In this document: positions 1 through 12,336 of the stretch, piece after piece
Layout of the letters: each line of letters opens with the position of its first letter
Position numbering within the stretch: position 1 is the stretch's first letter
Assembly: GCA_054661495.1 (NCBI GenBank)
Contig: BAAFSQ010000017.1
Span: 47,314-79,313, forward strand
DNA from: Zygophlyctis sp. KS116
Lineage: Eukaryota > Fungi > Chytridiomycota
Length of the DNA stretch: 32,000 nt
Direction of reading: 5' to 3'
Made by a program: the position numbers and the translations under genes
Notes under the pieces: model-generated
What the model saw: the letters and a program-made list of their open reading frames with translations, nothing else
The model's database searches: none
Told to the model about the DNA's origin: nothing

Positions 1-723
1 ATTACATCTCTAGTTGTGAATGAACAGATTCAAACCACTCTTGCAAAAGCAAAATTTATGGCAAGATCAGCAGATCTGGTAAGATCACATTTAAATTGAA
101 TTAAGATGATTGAACATGCTAAAAAAGGTTTGATGAAACAGGTCGAGAAAAAACTCTTTAGGAAAGATGAAACAATACCAATTATTATGAAAAAATTGGT
201 TCCTAGATATGAGAAAAGATTTGGAGGTTATACTAGAATTTTAAGGAATGGGTTTAGAAGATCTGGTACAGATCGAGCACCTTTAGCAATTGTTGAATTT
301 GTTGATTGTCCAAAAGATACTATTCATAGATTGGCTCAGGTCCAATTACCAACATTGAAAGAAGATTTAAAAAAGACTATTTCAGAAAAGTACAGAGTTA
401 ATCCAGTACAGTTATTTGATCCAATCAGTGGTGAACCTGTCACCATTCTTCAACATGAGCTAAAAAGGGAATTAAATGAAAAAACGATTATCAAGCTTTC
501 AAAGAGAGAAAGAGGGATTCAAAAATTGATTGATAAATACGAGAGATCAATGTCATCATATCCTACTGCCCGTGCAAAAGATGGAGTAGATAAAACGCGT
601 ACAGTTGGTAGTCTAGATCAAACATTGGATGATCTATCATTGGAGTCTCGGCTAATCCAGGAGAATGAGCTTAAGCCTGCAGACGAGAAAGATTCTAAAC
701 AGAAATGGTTCAAGTGGTTTTAA
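1..723 (+). CDS. MRPL17: Mitochondrial ribosomal protein bL17m (yeast Mrpl8), 5'-truncated by the window; intron 79-105
   Basis: Spliced frame ITSLVVNEQIQTTLAKAK...RYEKRFGGYTRILRNGFRRSGTDRAPLAIVEFVD matches the L17 signatures (I.TT..KAK; GGYTRI; D.AP.A.IE.V). The 27-nt GT..AAG intron 79-105 contains an in-frame TGA. Confidence 0.9.
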
Positions 724-746
724 GAGTTCGGGCCTTTTTAAGATAA

Positions 747-3700
747 ATGGACGGGGACGAGTCCATTGATATTGTAGTAGAAGATACGGTCATAGCTGTT
801 CATGAAATACCTTTGGATTATCTTGAGAGTCCTCCTCCTGAATCCCTATCCAGCCTGGATGAGCAATTAAAAAAGGTAAAATAATAACAGTCTGACTCTA
901 CTCAGCTATTAAATGATATCAAGAAGCTTGATGATGAGAGAAGAGACGCCATGCTACAAAGTGATAAGTCTTTCCCAACGCCATTATTCCCCTTTCCAAG
1001 GTAAAACACACTGAATTTATTCAAGTTTTCTAGAGTCTTTCAACGATTTTCGTGATAAGCAACTGGAAGAGTTTTTAAACGTTCCGGAACCAGCATCTGT
1101 AGCATCTATAGGGGACGATGTAAAAAAAGAGGTATGAATCAAACAACGTTTATAATAGATGCGAGAGTTTTGGGATATTGATTCAGAAGTTACTGGAGAG
1201 AAAATTCTTTATCGATTGTTGGCATTTTACAAAGATAGAGGTAATGATGAGAATTGTCATGATTGTAGCTTCTGCTCTTCTTGTTGAAAATTCACTAATT
1301 GTATCACGCTATACAAGATTTCAGCATATTAGTCAAAGGGAAAGTGAACTTTTTGATGTTATCAGGTCAAGACAGCAGAGATTACAAGATGAATATCAGG
1401 ATGCCACAGAAAGATGGGAGCGGTTAATGAAGATCTCCCAAGAAGGACCAAAAGAAGCTAATCAAAAGGATTCACAGTTTGATTTTGAGCTGTCTGATCT
1501 AGCAATTTATCTTCGATGGTTTATTCAGCAAGCGCATGCTCAAAGGGATTTGAAGACTTTCTTCACCAGAATGAAGGTACAAGTCTCAATGATAAAATTA
1601 GATTATGCCTCATTACAGTTTTCCTTCAATTTTAGGTGATTATCATTTGATCAATGAGATTAAACCTGGTGAGGGGAAACCAGATTTTTTTGGGATTTTG
1701 GAAGGCATTAATGAGTAATTTTAAATTATTAAAATTTAGATTTGTGGAATCAATGCCACTTAAACAATGTGCCCCAGAGGATTTCTTAACTGAGGCTGAA
1801 CTTCTTTGTTCATATTGGAAAATAGAAAGTCCGATAGATCTTGAAGATGGGCAGCCATTTATATATGAAGCAGAGTCATTGTTCTACAATAGATTTCAAG
1901 ATCAAGTCCAGCAGAATATTTTGGCGCCTTACGAAGGGCTATCAGATAAACCAGCTGGGGATCGGGGAGCCGCAACTTCTAATGATTATAGTGATTTATG
2001 GACTGAAAAAATGGCGTCTTTTGCAGAATATTCAGTTTTACCGGACAAAAAAAGTAATAAAGATCATTAAAATACATTAGAAACAAGAATTCGTAAAGCT
2101 GATTGGATAGATAAAGTTAAATTTTATCCTAGGTATCAAAAATGGCAGAAGGATCAAATTAATACTTTGGGAGAGGTAACTCTTTTTTCCATAATCTGGT
2201 TAGCAAGTAGAAACTGATTTGGAGGTAAAGTATGAATACAATCTGCTTATGGTGGATGATTACGAAGTTGTAGTATCACAGTTGAAAGGCTCAGCGAAAC
2301 GATTATACAGCTCTGCGTCACAAGTTCCAAACTGTCGGCCAATTAGTGGGAAAATTTTAAGTATGAATAAGGAACATTCAAGGCAGCCTTTAGCTGAACC
2401 AGAAATTCATTTTTATGAAACATTTAATCTTGGAATGTGTGTTCCGAATGGGAAATTAGATTTGATTGATTCAAATGTCTTACTTAGCAAAAAACTTTTA
2501 CTTGGGCAACTATTGAAAGATAATGAAGAAATTCAAAAATTAGATGCTCAAAGCAAGAGTTTCAATAGCCACAAGATCAATGTAATTCGTTTGTATGCGA
2601 GATAATAATATAGCCGACCATTGCAACTTTATTTACTGAAAATGAAATTTACGCGCTTCTACTGTTGCGAAATATTCGCCTGCGGGAACAAAGGGATACA
2701 TTGCTAAGACAACTCAACTTTTTCAGATCCGTTGAAAAACGATTAACTCTTGATGTAAGTTATATTAATACTTATCCTAGTTCGATAATAGAAGCTCGGC
2801 AATAAAAATTCAAGAATTCGATGTATGACCTGGTTTTTTAAATTTAGGCCGACCGAGAATTATCAGAAGATTTAATACCTGACTTTATTGTATCAATGTA
2901 TGACTGAATAGATTTATTAAGCTAGGATGCAGAATAGAAGCTTGTTCAATCTGACAAAGTCTCTAGATTTTGATGCAAATGCAGAGAATGATCAAAGACC
3001 GCCAGATTTATCTTGCGAAGACCTGAGGGGGGTTGTAGGAAATATGCCTATTGTTTTCGACGCAGAAGGAAATCAGTTTATATATGGTACAGTTTGTTAT
3101 TCTTAGCGATAGATGTGGCTTTGACTGATAGAGCAGAGATTGAAAATACCTTGATAAAAGCATCCACTATTTATCTTAATAAGGATATAATTGCAGGAGA
3201 TGTTGGAAAGTCATATGTTGATGAGCTGCGCTATAGAATGTCAGATCGAAAGAGTATTTTAAGACTGTTGATTTATATTAGCTTTTTCAGAAACTATTAT
3301 TTCCAATTCTACTCATATGAACTCATCTATAGATCGATCTCAATTTCTTTTAGAATTGTTCACGGCCGAAGTTGAATTCAATTTCGCCAAAGGGATGTAA
3401 TTCAATTTTAAAATTGATTTTAGCTCGTAAATGCATATATGGAGATTTATGAACACAGCTCTGATTCTCAAGAAATACGACAAATCTTAATAGATTTGTT
3501 GTATTTGCGTCCAAATTATAATTTCAATGTAAGCTTGGTTATTCATAACCAAAGAATCGAAATATTATTCAAAGTTATGTAATTCATAGAAAATCACTAG
3601 AGCTTCATGCAATCATTGTAAAGAAAATGATCAAGTATGGCATAGATTCTCACAGGAATTGGATTAGTTCCATTTCATCTGGCAAGATAAAATATGATGG

Positions 3701-6700
3701 GATGATAAATTTCGGTATTCCCGAGATGTGTAATTTTTTTGATCATTAAAAGAAAGATAAGGCTCCAGAAGCTACCTTACACATTCCAGAAATTGAAGTA
3801 GGGATGACTCAAATAGTTCCCCAAGTGTCCCAAATATCCAATTTTTTCGATGTCCTACTAAAAACAAGAGATCAATTTATCCACTCGGTCTCAAATTTTA
3901 CTCAAGTTAATTATGTATCTCCAGCTGCAATGGAGTGTGCTGTTTTAAAGGAAATTATTGTACCAATTATTTGGATTAAAGTGATAGCATCTTTGGGATT
4001 TAATGGCTGATTTGAAGTTTTCAGGAACAGGGACAGCTCCTACTAGGCGATATTCTGTTAATCTTTCTGGTCCCGGTTTAATTGACACTCCTTACCTTCC
4101 AGACTTTATTTTGAGAGAATTGAATTCGGAAATGTTAATAAAGAAAATTCTAATGCCACTTTTAACTACACCGATCACGATTTGAAAACTAAAGGTAGGA
4201 ATTTACTCTAAATTTTAAGGAACTGAAAAGATGATGAATCTATATAAGTTTTTGATTATTAGGAGTAGATTACTTTTTTCTTGGACTGAAACAGGTACGT
4301 AACAATCGAATTTATCGAAGAATATTGGAGAAAAGCGTTACAGGAACAATGTGATGAAATGAATTTGAGCAAAGAAATGTTTTCTGGCCGACTTTATGGA
4401 TTTACGTTTGACTTATCAGAACACGAACCGGTTCTGAACGATGTAAGTCATTGATTGAAAGATTAAAATCAGGATGCGTTTCATGAAGCCTCCTATGATT
4501 TAGAAGATTTAACTTCAGCTGCACAAGCAGACCAAAAGAGTTTGGATTCTAGTTTGAAATTTGGACCACTAGTCATATCAGAGTTGGAGGAAAATTATCA
4601 AATAATTAATCTTGATGATCCTTCTCAAATATTGCATTATATGGAACCAGTTGGCTTAAAAAGGCTTATTCTAGCACTTAGATTGCAACTCCCAGAGAAA
4701 AACCTTTTAATGGCTGTATCAGAAATTATTACTTCTTTACTAGCAGAAAACCGCTCTAAAATTTTATTGGAGGATTTGAATAAAAGACTATACCCCACAA
4801 TGGTAATTTTTTTAATTAACGATTATAGTCATATTCGAAAAAAAATAAGCAACCAAAAGAAGAGAATTTTACATCAATCGCAGAGTTAAGCTCATTAATT
4901 CCCAATATCGTTCAAAAGAAGACAAGTCTTAGAAAAACTACAATGTTATTGTATACTAAAGAGTAATTTATTTTAAATTATTTTACCAAAGGTATAAATT
5001 AATTCGAGACACTAAAATCAGCCAAGGAGAAAAAACAAAAAAAATCAATGAATTAAAGGTATGATCGACTCTTTATTAAATTTCAGAATCGAATAGTCTT
5101 GTGGTATAATGATAATCTTTCTTGTATCGCAAAAGAGGGATGTGAAAAAGCGCAATTCGTAAAAATTATGGCAACGATGAAGAAAACGATTTTTAGTGAT
5201 TCATATGGCTCAATCAGCTTCTTGGAATCTAAGATAAGGACTAATAATGAATTTTTTCTTTACGAAAATCAATCTGAAAAAGGAAATATTGAAATTAAAA
5301 AGCCCTTATGCAGAAAACAGGAACTATATTTTTATCATGATGATCATTTGGTACAGTTAGCTCATCTGTGGTACATTCCCCATACTGCAGAATGCATTTC
5401 GGTAAATTGCTTAAATTGATAATTATATAAGAAATTGGGTCAAATGGATACTAATTCATTAGATATAACTAAGATGTTATTTGTAGATTTAGGAATTTTC
5501 GGAAAATCCTACGAAATACATGCATTGATATTTCAGATCTATAACTTGGTGAAAGCATACTCGAAGCTGCTCCAATCTAGTCAAAGAATATCATCACATG
5601 GTAATCAAGGAACGTTTAAATATCTAGTTAAGTCGCTAAGGGAAGCTGATTATGTTATCAATAATATTGAAAATTTGAAGAGGGAAATAGGTGAGAAAGC
5701 AGAATATTCAAAGATTCGTCAATTACTGCTTCTAAAAAGAAAACAGTGGTACCTTAAACTTTATTTGATGCTCTCATTATCTATAAACTCATTAAAAATG
5801 ACGCTGGTATTTTTCGTTAGCTTATTTATGAAAGATGCACGACGCCGCCGGTTCCTTGAAATTATCATTAATGGAACTTAATCCGCATGAGATCAATATC
5901 TCTATTAACCAGCTTGGATTCTTTAAAGATGTATATATGTTCGAAATAATTTGAAGATTCATGTTAGGTTACCCGATTTTTACGATACGAATCTTTACAT
6001 ATATGGCGGTCTTGACCATTACGCAAAGCGGATTTGTGATTCAAATGTTTTGAATCTTGAAGAAACTCTTGAAGAAAGACTTCAGGCATTGTCTTTTGAA
6101 AATATGGGTACATCTGAAGAGATAAATCAAATTTTGGTAAACTATCTCAGCGGTTTTTGTGTGCTAGTTAATCTTCGTCAAGATTTTTTTGAATCCAATT
6201 CAAGACACCATTCGATTAAGGTAAATATCGTTTTATAAAACTCATATAATAGAATACAGAAGAAGTTAAATATTTATCGGATAGATATAAGTTCCGGATA
6301 GTTGTTCCCGCAATAAAGTTTTACTATGACCAAACTCGAGGTAATCAAACAGTGTCAGCAAATACATTTTTGGAGATGGACTTTGTTCAAGGACCGAATT
6401 CTAAAAGCAATATTAGTAAGAGAATGAAGCAGGTATATATTTTAAATATTAATTTAGCTCAGTCTTTTGAAGAATGTCAGATTAAAGCACTGAAGATTGA
6501 GTTCCTGCGAAAGAAGACATCTGAAATGATTGATACGGCGCGGTATTTTTATCATAAACTAGAGGATGAACGGATGGGAAGATTATTCAAGACAAAAAAT
6601 TCGATCCTCGTTCCATCATCTGCTTTTATCAATCAATTGGCCTTTAATATTGCTGATGAGGATTATTTGGCGAAATCAACAATTTTCCATGAACTCAGTT

Positions 6701-8584
6701 CTGCAATAAGAAATTTAAACACTCGATTTGTAAGTGAATCAAATTTACTTATATTAGAATTTTGAGGATTATAAAACACATATTGGTGCTGAAATCCGGG
6801 AAAATATTTTTGCTTGCGAAAAAGAAAAACTTGCTGCAGTGGTATTTATTTATATTATCGAATGATTCTAGTTGTATGATTTTTCTATGCGGCTAACGAA
6901 ATGGCAGACAACTCGGCAGAATCAAGCTATTGAATTTGATGGGAAAATGCATGGACATTTGCTAGGAATGCTTAGAAATAGTGAGCATATCATAAGATAC
7001 TTAAATTACCTTAAAAATTGCATGGAGAGGGTATGATACAAAATGATCTAAAAAAAGGAATTTAAAGCAAGTATCTCAGTTCAGACGAAAACCGCTAATT
7101 TGGATATACTCTCCGAGCTTGCTTCAGCCAGTACAGAACTTGAAGAATTGAAGAAAAGTAGAAAAATCGATGAAAAGCGAATTAGAGCAAAAATAATTGA
7201 TGAATATGACGACTTGGTCCAGGAGCTTGTAAATGAAATAACCGTACTACGCAATCGGTTTAGAGAGTATCAGACGAATAATTTCAATCAAGTGATGCAA
7301 ATTATGTCAGAATCCAAAAAAAGTGAACTTTTTAAATTGTCAATTATCGATAACATTCCAGACTCAGTTCATGATACAGCAGTAAAAATGATTTCAGAGG
7401 AAAACCAAATAATGGATTTGAGAAAGGAAACACATGAATTACAAATGACTGTGAGTCTGATGAGGCTCTAATCATAGTTATTAAAAATCCGCTCAATGTT
7501 TACGATGAAAGAACAAGCGCTAAGAACTCAATATGATCGTCAGGTATTTTTATTTATTAACAAAAGATTTTGGAATTGACAACCAAAAAGAAAGATGCCG
7601 AAGATCGCTTATGGCGTGCATACAAGGATAGGGAAGCTAGAGAAAGAGCACAAAGAAGAGAACTTCACAAGTTGGAAAAGGTTCGATTCAATAGAATAAT
7701 TTATATAGACCTCTGCAACATCTCAAACTCAAATTGATACTCTGCAACGTCTTTTGAAAGAGGCACAAACCAAAATCCAACCTCTGATTTCCAGCGAAAG
7801 AAAAAAAGATGGAAATCAAAAAGCTGTAATAAATCATTCAAGTTTGGACGCATCATCTTTTGGAGAATGGACTGGCGACCCTAAAAAAGACGAATTGATA
7901 TTTTACCAAATCAAGGAAAAACTCAAGTTTTATGAAAAGATTCAAATCCAAAATCTTTTAGAAGAACTCAAAAACAAGACATATTTGATTGAAACTTTGA
8001 TTCAGCAAAAGAGGGATGAAGAGACAAAAAAGGATAGCATTCAAAAGCCCTCCAAACTTTGCAGACCATCATCTGTTAGAAAACCTGATTTACGTTGGAA
8101 TATCAAAGTAAGAAACGATTTAGATCAATCTAATGCAGCCGCATCGGCAGAACCCTCTTCTAAAACCGAATATGAATTAAACCGACTGACTTCTATAAAC
8201 CAGCAATTAATTCAACTCCTTCAAAAAAATTCAATCCCGATTCCAAATGACATCTTGTCTAGTGATAAGCAGCGTGTCTCATTTGCTGTAACAGCAGCTC
8301 CTGCTAGCGTTAAATCACAATTATACTCTAGACCACAATCTGGAATAGAATCTGTAACTACTCTGCCATATGTGATACCTGTTCTCTCTCGAGCATCATC
8401 TGCAAGGAAAGATCGAGGCTCTAGACCCGAGTCCGGACTATCAGGAACAATGATTGGAACGTCTATAGCGGGATCTAATTCAAGACCTTGTACGGCTAGA
8501 CAGATTTCTAGACCAGGAACATCATCCGCTAAGCGACCAGCATCTGCAAGATTTAGCCAGATCGCTGGCCTTAATTATAACTAA
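747..8584 (+). CDS. CCDC162: Large CCDC162/DUF4549-like coiled-coil protein, about 35 tiny introns (e.g. 876-905, 1001-1025, 1132-1158, 1241-1268, 1577-1601, 1715-1739, 2054-2080, 2176-2203, 7544-7566)
   Basis: ATG at 747; exons join through GT-AG introns of 23-32 nt into one frame, except two junctions (see findings). Recalled CCDC162-like motifs: LQDEYQDATERWERL, DLAIYLRWFI, LRNIRLREQRDTLLRQLNFFRSVEKRLTLD, LVNAYMEIYEH, IRAKIIDEYDDLVQELV..LRNRFREY. Low-complexity RPxSA-rich tail. Confidence 0.7.
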
Positions 8585-8622
8585 TAAACATTTAAGTGCT
8601 AGTATTGAGTTTGTGAGAAATA

Positions 8623-9752
8623 ATGGCAGCCGATAACAATCTTTTTCTTGATATTCTCAGTGCCTGGCTATGTAAGGATGATCCATTCAAAGCATCGGTG
8701 GCATCAGGAACTATTATATTGGACGATGGGAAATCGTTCTCTGGGACTTTTGCAGTTGCATGCTACATTTGCCGTCTTAAGAATTGGCCGGTTTTAGGAA
8801 ATGATGAATTGGAACAAGTTCAAGTCCAAGATCTTGTCTTACATACTCTTGCGTCTAGTATAAGTTGGGATGATCTTAATACTGAGTTGAAAAACAAGAC
8901 TTTTATGGTTGGTACAAGTTTTACTTTGGCTGATATTGCTTTATATTCAAAGATTTATCATCCATTTTCAAGATTAGATCAAAAGGATCGGATGGTATAC
9001 TATCATGTTACGAGATATTTTGATTTAATTCAACATTTGGTGGCTTCATATTATAATGATGATTTTATTACTAGAATGCTTAATATTGATCTTGATGCTC
9101 AAATAGAGGTATGTTTTTTAGATTCTAATGATAGACGCCGATTTCTAATAAAGCTTCAAAAAAGGAAAATGAAAAGGAAGCCAAAAAAGCAAAATCAATG
9201 GCTGATGATACATCAAAGGTAAAAGAACCTTTAAAGAATACAATTTCACCTGCGCAGTTAAAGATTATTGTAGGAAAAGTTGTATCAGTTAAGAGACATC
9301 CTGATGCTGAAGCTCTATATGTTGAAGAAGTTGATATAGGATCTGAAAATCCAATTACTGTTGTTTCAGGTCTTGTAAAGTTTATGCCAGAAGACGCATT
9401 ACTTAATACTCTAGTTGTTCTTTTAGCAAATCTTAAACCTGCGAAAATGAGAGGTATAGAATCTCAAGCAATGGTTCTTACTGCCGAAAGCTCTAATGGA
9501 TCAGTAGAATTGATTATACCACCATCGAATTCTTTACCGGGTGATGTATTAACCTTCAAGGACATTGCAGGAATTCCAGAACCTCTCTTAAATCCTAAAA
9601 AGAAAATTTGGGAAACAATTCAACCATTATTATCACTTACTTCTAAATGTGAAGTTATTTACAAGAATCAAGTTGATAATAGACTTCATACTTTGGGATC
9701 TCAAAAAGGAATCTGTAGATCAAAGTCTATAACTGATGGAAAAATTAAATAA
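8623..9752 (+). CDS. ARC1: Aminoacyl-tRNA synthetase cofactor Arc1/AIMP1-like (GST-like domain + lysine-rich linker + EMAPII-type tRNA-binding OB fold); intron 9109-9134
   Basis: LNTELKNKTFMVGTSFTLADIALY (GST-C); IIVGKVVSVKRHPDAEALYVEEVDIG..TVVSGLVKF..NLKPAKMRGIESQAMVL..LNPKKKIWETIQP (EMAPII). The 26-nt intron joins ORFs 8623 and 9198 in frame. Confidence 0.92.
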
Positions 9753-9763
9753 ATAATAATTTT

Positions 9764-10129
9764 TTAATGAATTTGTCCCCCAATAGCATAATCTCGAACA
9801 AATTCTGAGAATCCCTTGACTGTCAGATTGCTATTAACTTGTTTCAGATCTGAAAAATTAGATACTCCACGAGGGGACACAGTTTGAATTTTTGATGAAT
9901 CTAGAGAATATACTTTTAGATCTGATTCTATTTTTGTCAAGAGCATTGATGATGGTACTCTATATACTCTACGATTATATCCCGTTGGATATTTTCTAAC
10001 AGCTCTTTTATGTAGTAATTTATCAACAGGCATTTTCATATATCTCTTTGAAGGATTTAATGATGACAGCTGTGCATTGATAAAGGATGTATCTAAAGAT
10101 GAATAATTCCCAGGATAATAAGCATTCAT
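9764..10129 (-). CDS. Hypothetical 121-aa basic protein
   Basis: ATG-initiated ORF filling the space between ARC1 and a divergent promoter; stop lies 11 nt from the ARC1 stop. No recognisable family. Confidence 0.55.
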   Translation of the reverse strand: MNAYYPGNYSSLDTSFINAQLSSLNPSKRYMKMPVDKLLHKRAVRKYPTGYNRRVYRVPSSMLLTKIESDLKVYSLDSSKIQTVSPRGVSNFSDLKQVNSNLTVKGFSEFVRDYAIGGQIH

Positions 10130-10143
10130 ATTTTATGATGAAT

Positions 10144-10233
10144 CGTCATCTGATGACGCTGTAGCACGTTATCAAATCCTGCCGTCATTCAGGAATCATG
10201 AGATCATAAGCGTTTAAATGCATAATGACGTTA
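10144..10233. promoter_or_regulatory. Cluster of ATGACG (CRE/ATF-like) motifs in a divergent promoter
   Basis: Inverted repeat CGTCATC-T-GATGACG at 10144-10158, CGTCAT at 10183-10188, ATGACGTTA at 10225-10233, in otherwise CpG-poor DNA. Confidence 0.35.
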
Positions 10234-10346
10234 TAAATCATGAATACTAGAATTGGCGATCGTTTAACTGATAAGAATCCCTGATAAGACAGCCCAAAGA
10301 CAAACATTCAAAATTGACTGCTTGAATTCCGTTATTGCTGATCATA

Positions 10347-11117
10347 ATGCAGTCTAGTAACCATAATGTCGATCATATTGCTAATCAAAAACTTAATCAT
10401 AATTATGAATTAAAGGCCGGATCAACGGATGATTTCATAACTCCGAGCTGGTCATTATTAGATTTAGCTAAACATTTAGAGGTAGAAATCATTACCTAAT
10501 ATTTAGATGGATCCATGGATTATCAGCGATTATATTAATAGAGATGAAATTAATTCATGCTCATCAGGACTATCGGACAGCGTAGACAGCTCTCTGACAA
10601 TCGTGAGTAGAGATTATCAAGTATTTATTCCTCAAGATAAAGTTTTAAAACTAATTAATGCTATTAAATCAGAGCCAAAGGCTTTCTCAAAGCCTCAGAA
10701 TAAATCTCAAGTTTGACATGTTTACACTTTTAAGAGGAAATGGCCAAATTTAAAAAGTATTTTTATGAGTCAAAGGATGATCCGTTTTTATTAGTTGAAT
10801 CTATTATAACTCAGCCGTTGGACACGAATAAGTATTCGGACACTCTGGTAGTTTTTTAATATTGATGAAATTAGTCTTCAAACATTTTTATAACTCCTCC
10901 GGCCAGTTCAACCTTATCGCCAAACGATTCTATAGGCGCATGGATGTCTTCGCCTTTTGATCTTGATTCATTGCAGGAAAATGAATTTTGTGGTAGGCAG
11001 ATTAAAGGATTAAATATTAAATCTGACAAAGTAATTAAAGTGATTAATGATCTTTGTTCAATGAATTTAAAGGATCAGAAAAGCGTATTGTCTAAATATA
11101 TCAATAACGATCTTTAA
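10347..11117 (+). CDS. Hypothetical protein, 3 introns (10482-10506, 10711-10736, 10848-10874)
   Basis: Spliced frame MQSSNHN...LLDLAKHLE|MDPWIISDY...NKSQ|EMAKFKKYFY...SDTL|SSNIFITPP...INNDL*. The second intron needs a GAG acceptor. No family recognised. Confidence 0.55.
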
Positions 11118-12217
11118 AATTCTCCTAAATGAACTCTAATGTCTAAAGGTAGAGCTCCCAAATCACTTAATAATGTCGTGTTCCAAGGTCCTAAGTCATC
11201 CGTACAAGTTTTTTGATTAGAAATAGTAAAAAAGCAAGCATTTAAAGATTCTGAGTGATTTGATTTTGATAATTCTGGGATATTTGATATGAAATTTGTA
11301 ATTTTAGAGATTGGTGCATCTCCTTGTAAAGATAAAAGTTTACTTTTGCGTCCAGGAAGAGATAAAGTAAAGGAATATTCAAGGTATTCCATTGGTAATG
11401 GATCATCAGTATCCTTTTCAAATTCTGAGGGACGCCAAAACTTTCCTAGAGAGGATTCAAGAGAGGATTTGTCTACAAATTCTTCAGTTTTTTGAGTATT
11501 ATAGTCCTGAATAGATGGACTTTTTGGTTTCTTTACTTTGATCGGTTTGAGAGTACTGATGCTATTGTAATTAACTTTGGATGTGACTGACTCTTGAATC
11601 ATTTGAGAGATTATATCTCTTTTTTCATGATTCTGCTGTCCATCTTTTTGAGCAATCTGCTTAAATCTTGAAGTTAATTCAACTGTTTTTTCTTGAATGA
11701 CTCTATCGCATGGTTTGTCTAGATTTAATGGTAATCTTTTGAATTTATCAGGGCAGTCTTTCAATCCAGACTCTGAATTTTCTTGTTTTGATTTATCTGG
11801 TGCTATGCAAGGCTTTTTCAAGAGATTAGAGATTTTAGAGTCTGAAGACTCATAAGTTACTGCCAGCGTCTTTTCTTGAGAAGAGCCAAGTCTCTTTATT
11901 TGATTTTTAGAGATTACACCGGGTTTTACTGTCTTATTTGACTGCTTTACTCTTGGTATCACTGGTTTATTGATATAATTAGTCTTTAATTTGACTTGAG
12001 ATTTAGTTTCAAACTTGACTGGAGGAAGCCTTCTTGGCATTGCTATCTTTGAAATTGTTAAATCTAGTTTCTTATCCAATTTGTTTAATTTTCTTTCTGT
12101 ATTTTCCAATCTTGAATCTGACTTGACTAGCTTTAATGGATTTTTCTGAGATTTAACTTTCCATAATTCTGAAGAAGGCTCTGATCCCAATCTATATCCT
12201 ATTCCTTCGAATTTCAT
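11114..12217 (-). CDS. Putative p97/Cdc48 adaptor: N-terminal SHP box, long basic disordered linker, C-terminal UBX/ubiquitin-like domain
   Basis: First ATG (12217) gives MKFEGIGYRLG (SHP consensus FxGxGxxLG). The last ~90 aa (YSFTLSLPGRKSKLLSLQGDAPISKITNFI...TLLSDLGALP.DIRV) follow a UBX-like beta-grasp pattern. Confidence 0.55.
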   Translation of the reverse strand: MKFEGIGYRLGSEPSSELWKVKSQKNPLKLVKSDSRLENTERKLNKLDKKLDLTISKIAMPRRLPPVKFETKSQVKLKTNYINKPVIPRVKQSNKTVKPGVISKNQIKRLGSSQEKTLAVTYESSDSKISNLLKKPCIAPDKSKQENSESGLKDCPDKFKRLPLNLDKPCDRVIQEKTVELTSRFKQIAQKDGQQNHEKRDIISQMIQESVTSKVNYNSISTLKPIKVKKPKSPSIQDYNTQKTEEFVDKSSLESSLGKFWRPSEFEKDTDDPLPMEYLEYSFTLSLPGRKSKLLSLQGDAPISKITNFISNIPELSKSNHSESLNACFFTISNQKTCTDDLGPWNTTLLSDLGALPLDIRVHLGEF

Positions 12218-12336
12218 TGAATGGATGACCAACAGTTACGGAAATTTAAGACTTTCGACAGAAATGTTGGTGCTCATCATATATAATTTATACTTGAGAT
12301 TTATGATTCTTTCCATCTAGATGCATGCTGATAATA

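Noticed and set aside
747-8584. About 20 short ORFs read as separate small genes, an operon or a shattered pseudogene
   Set aside because: They join into one reading frame through canonical GT-AG introns; only two junctions are problematic.
12218-12336. Splicing the small Cys/His ORF to the SHP-UBX-like gene
   Set aside because: No GT-AG combination I tried joins them in frame without a stop.
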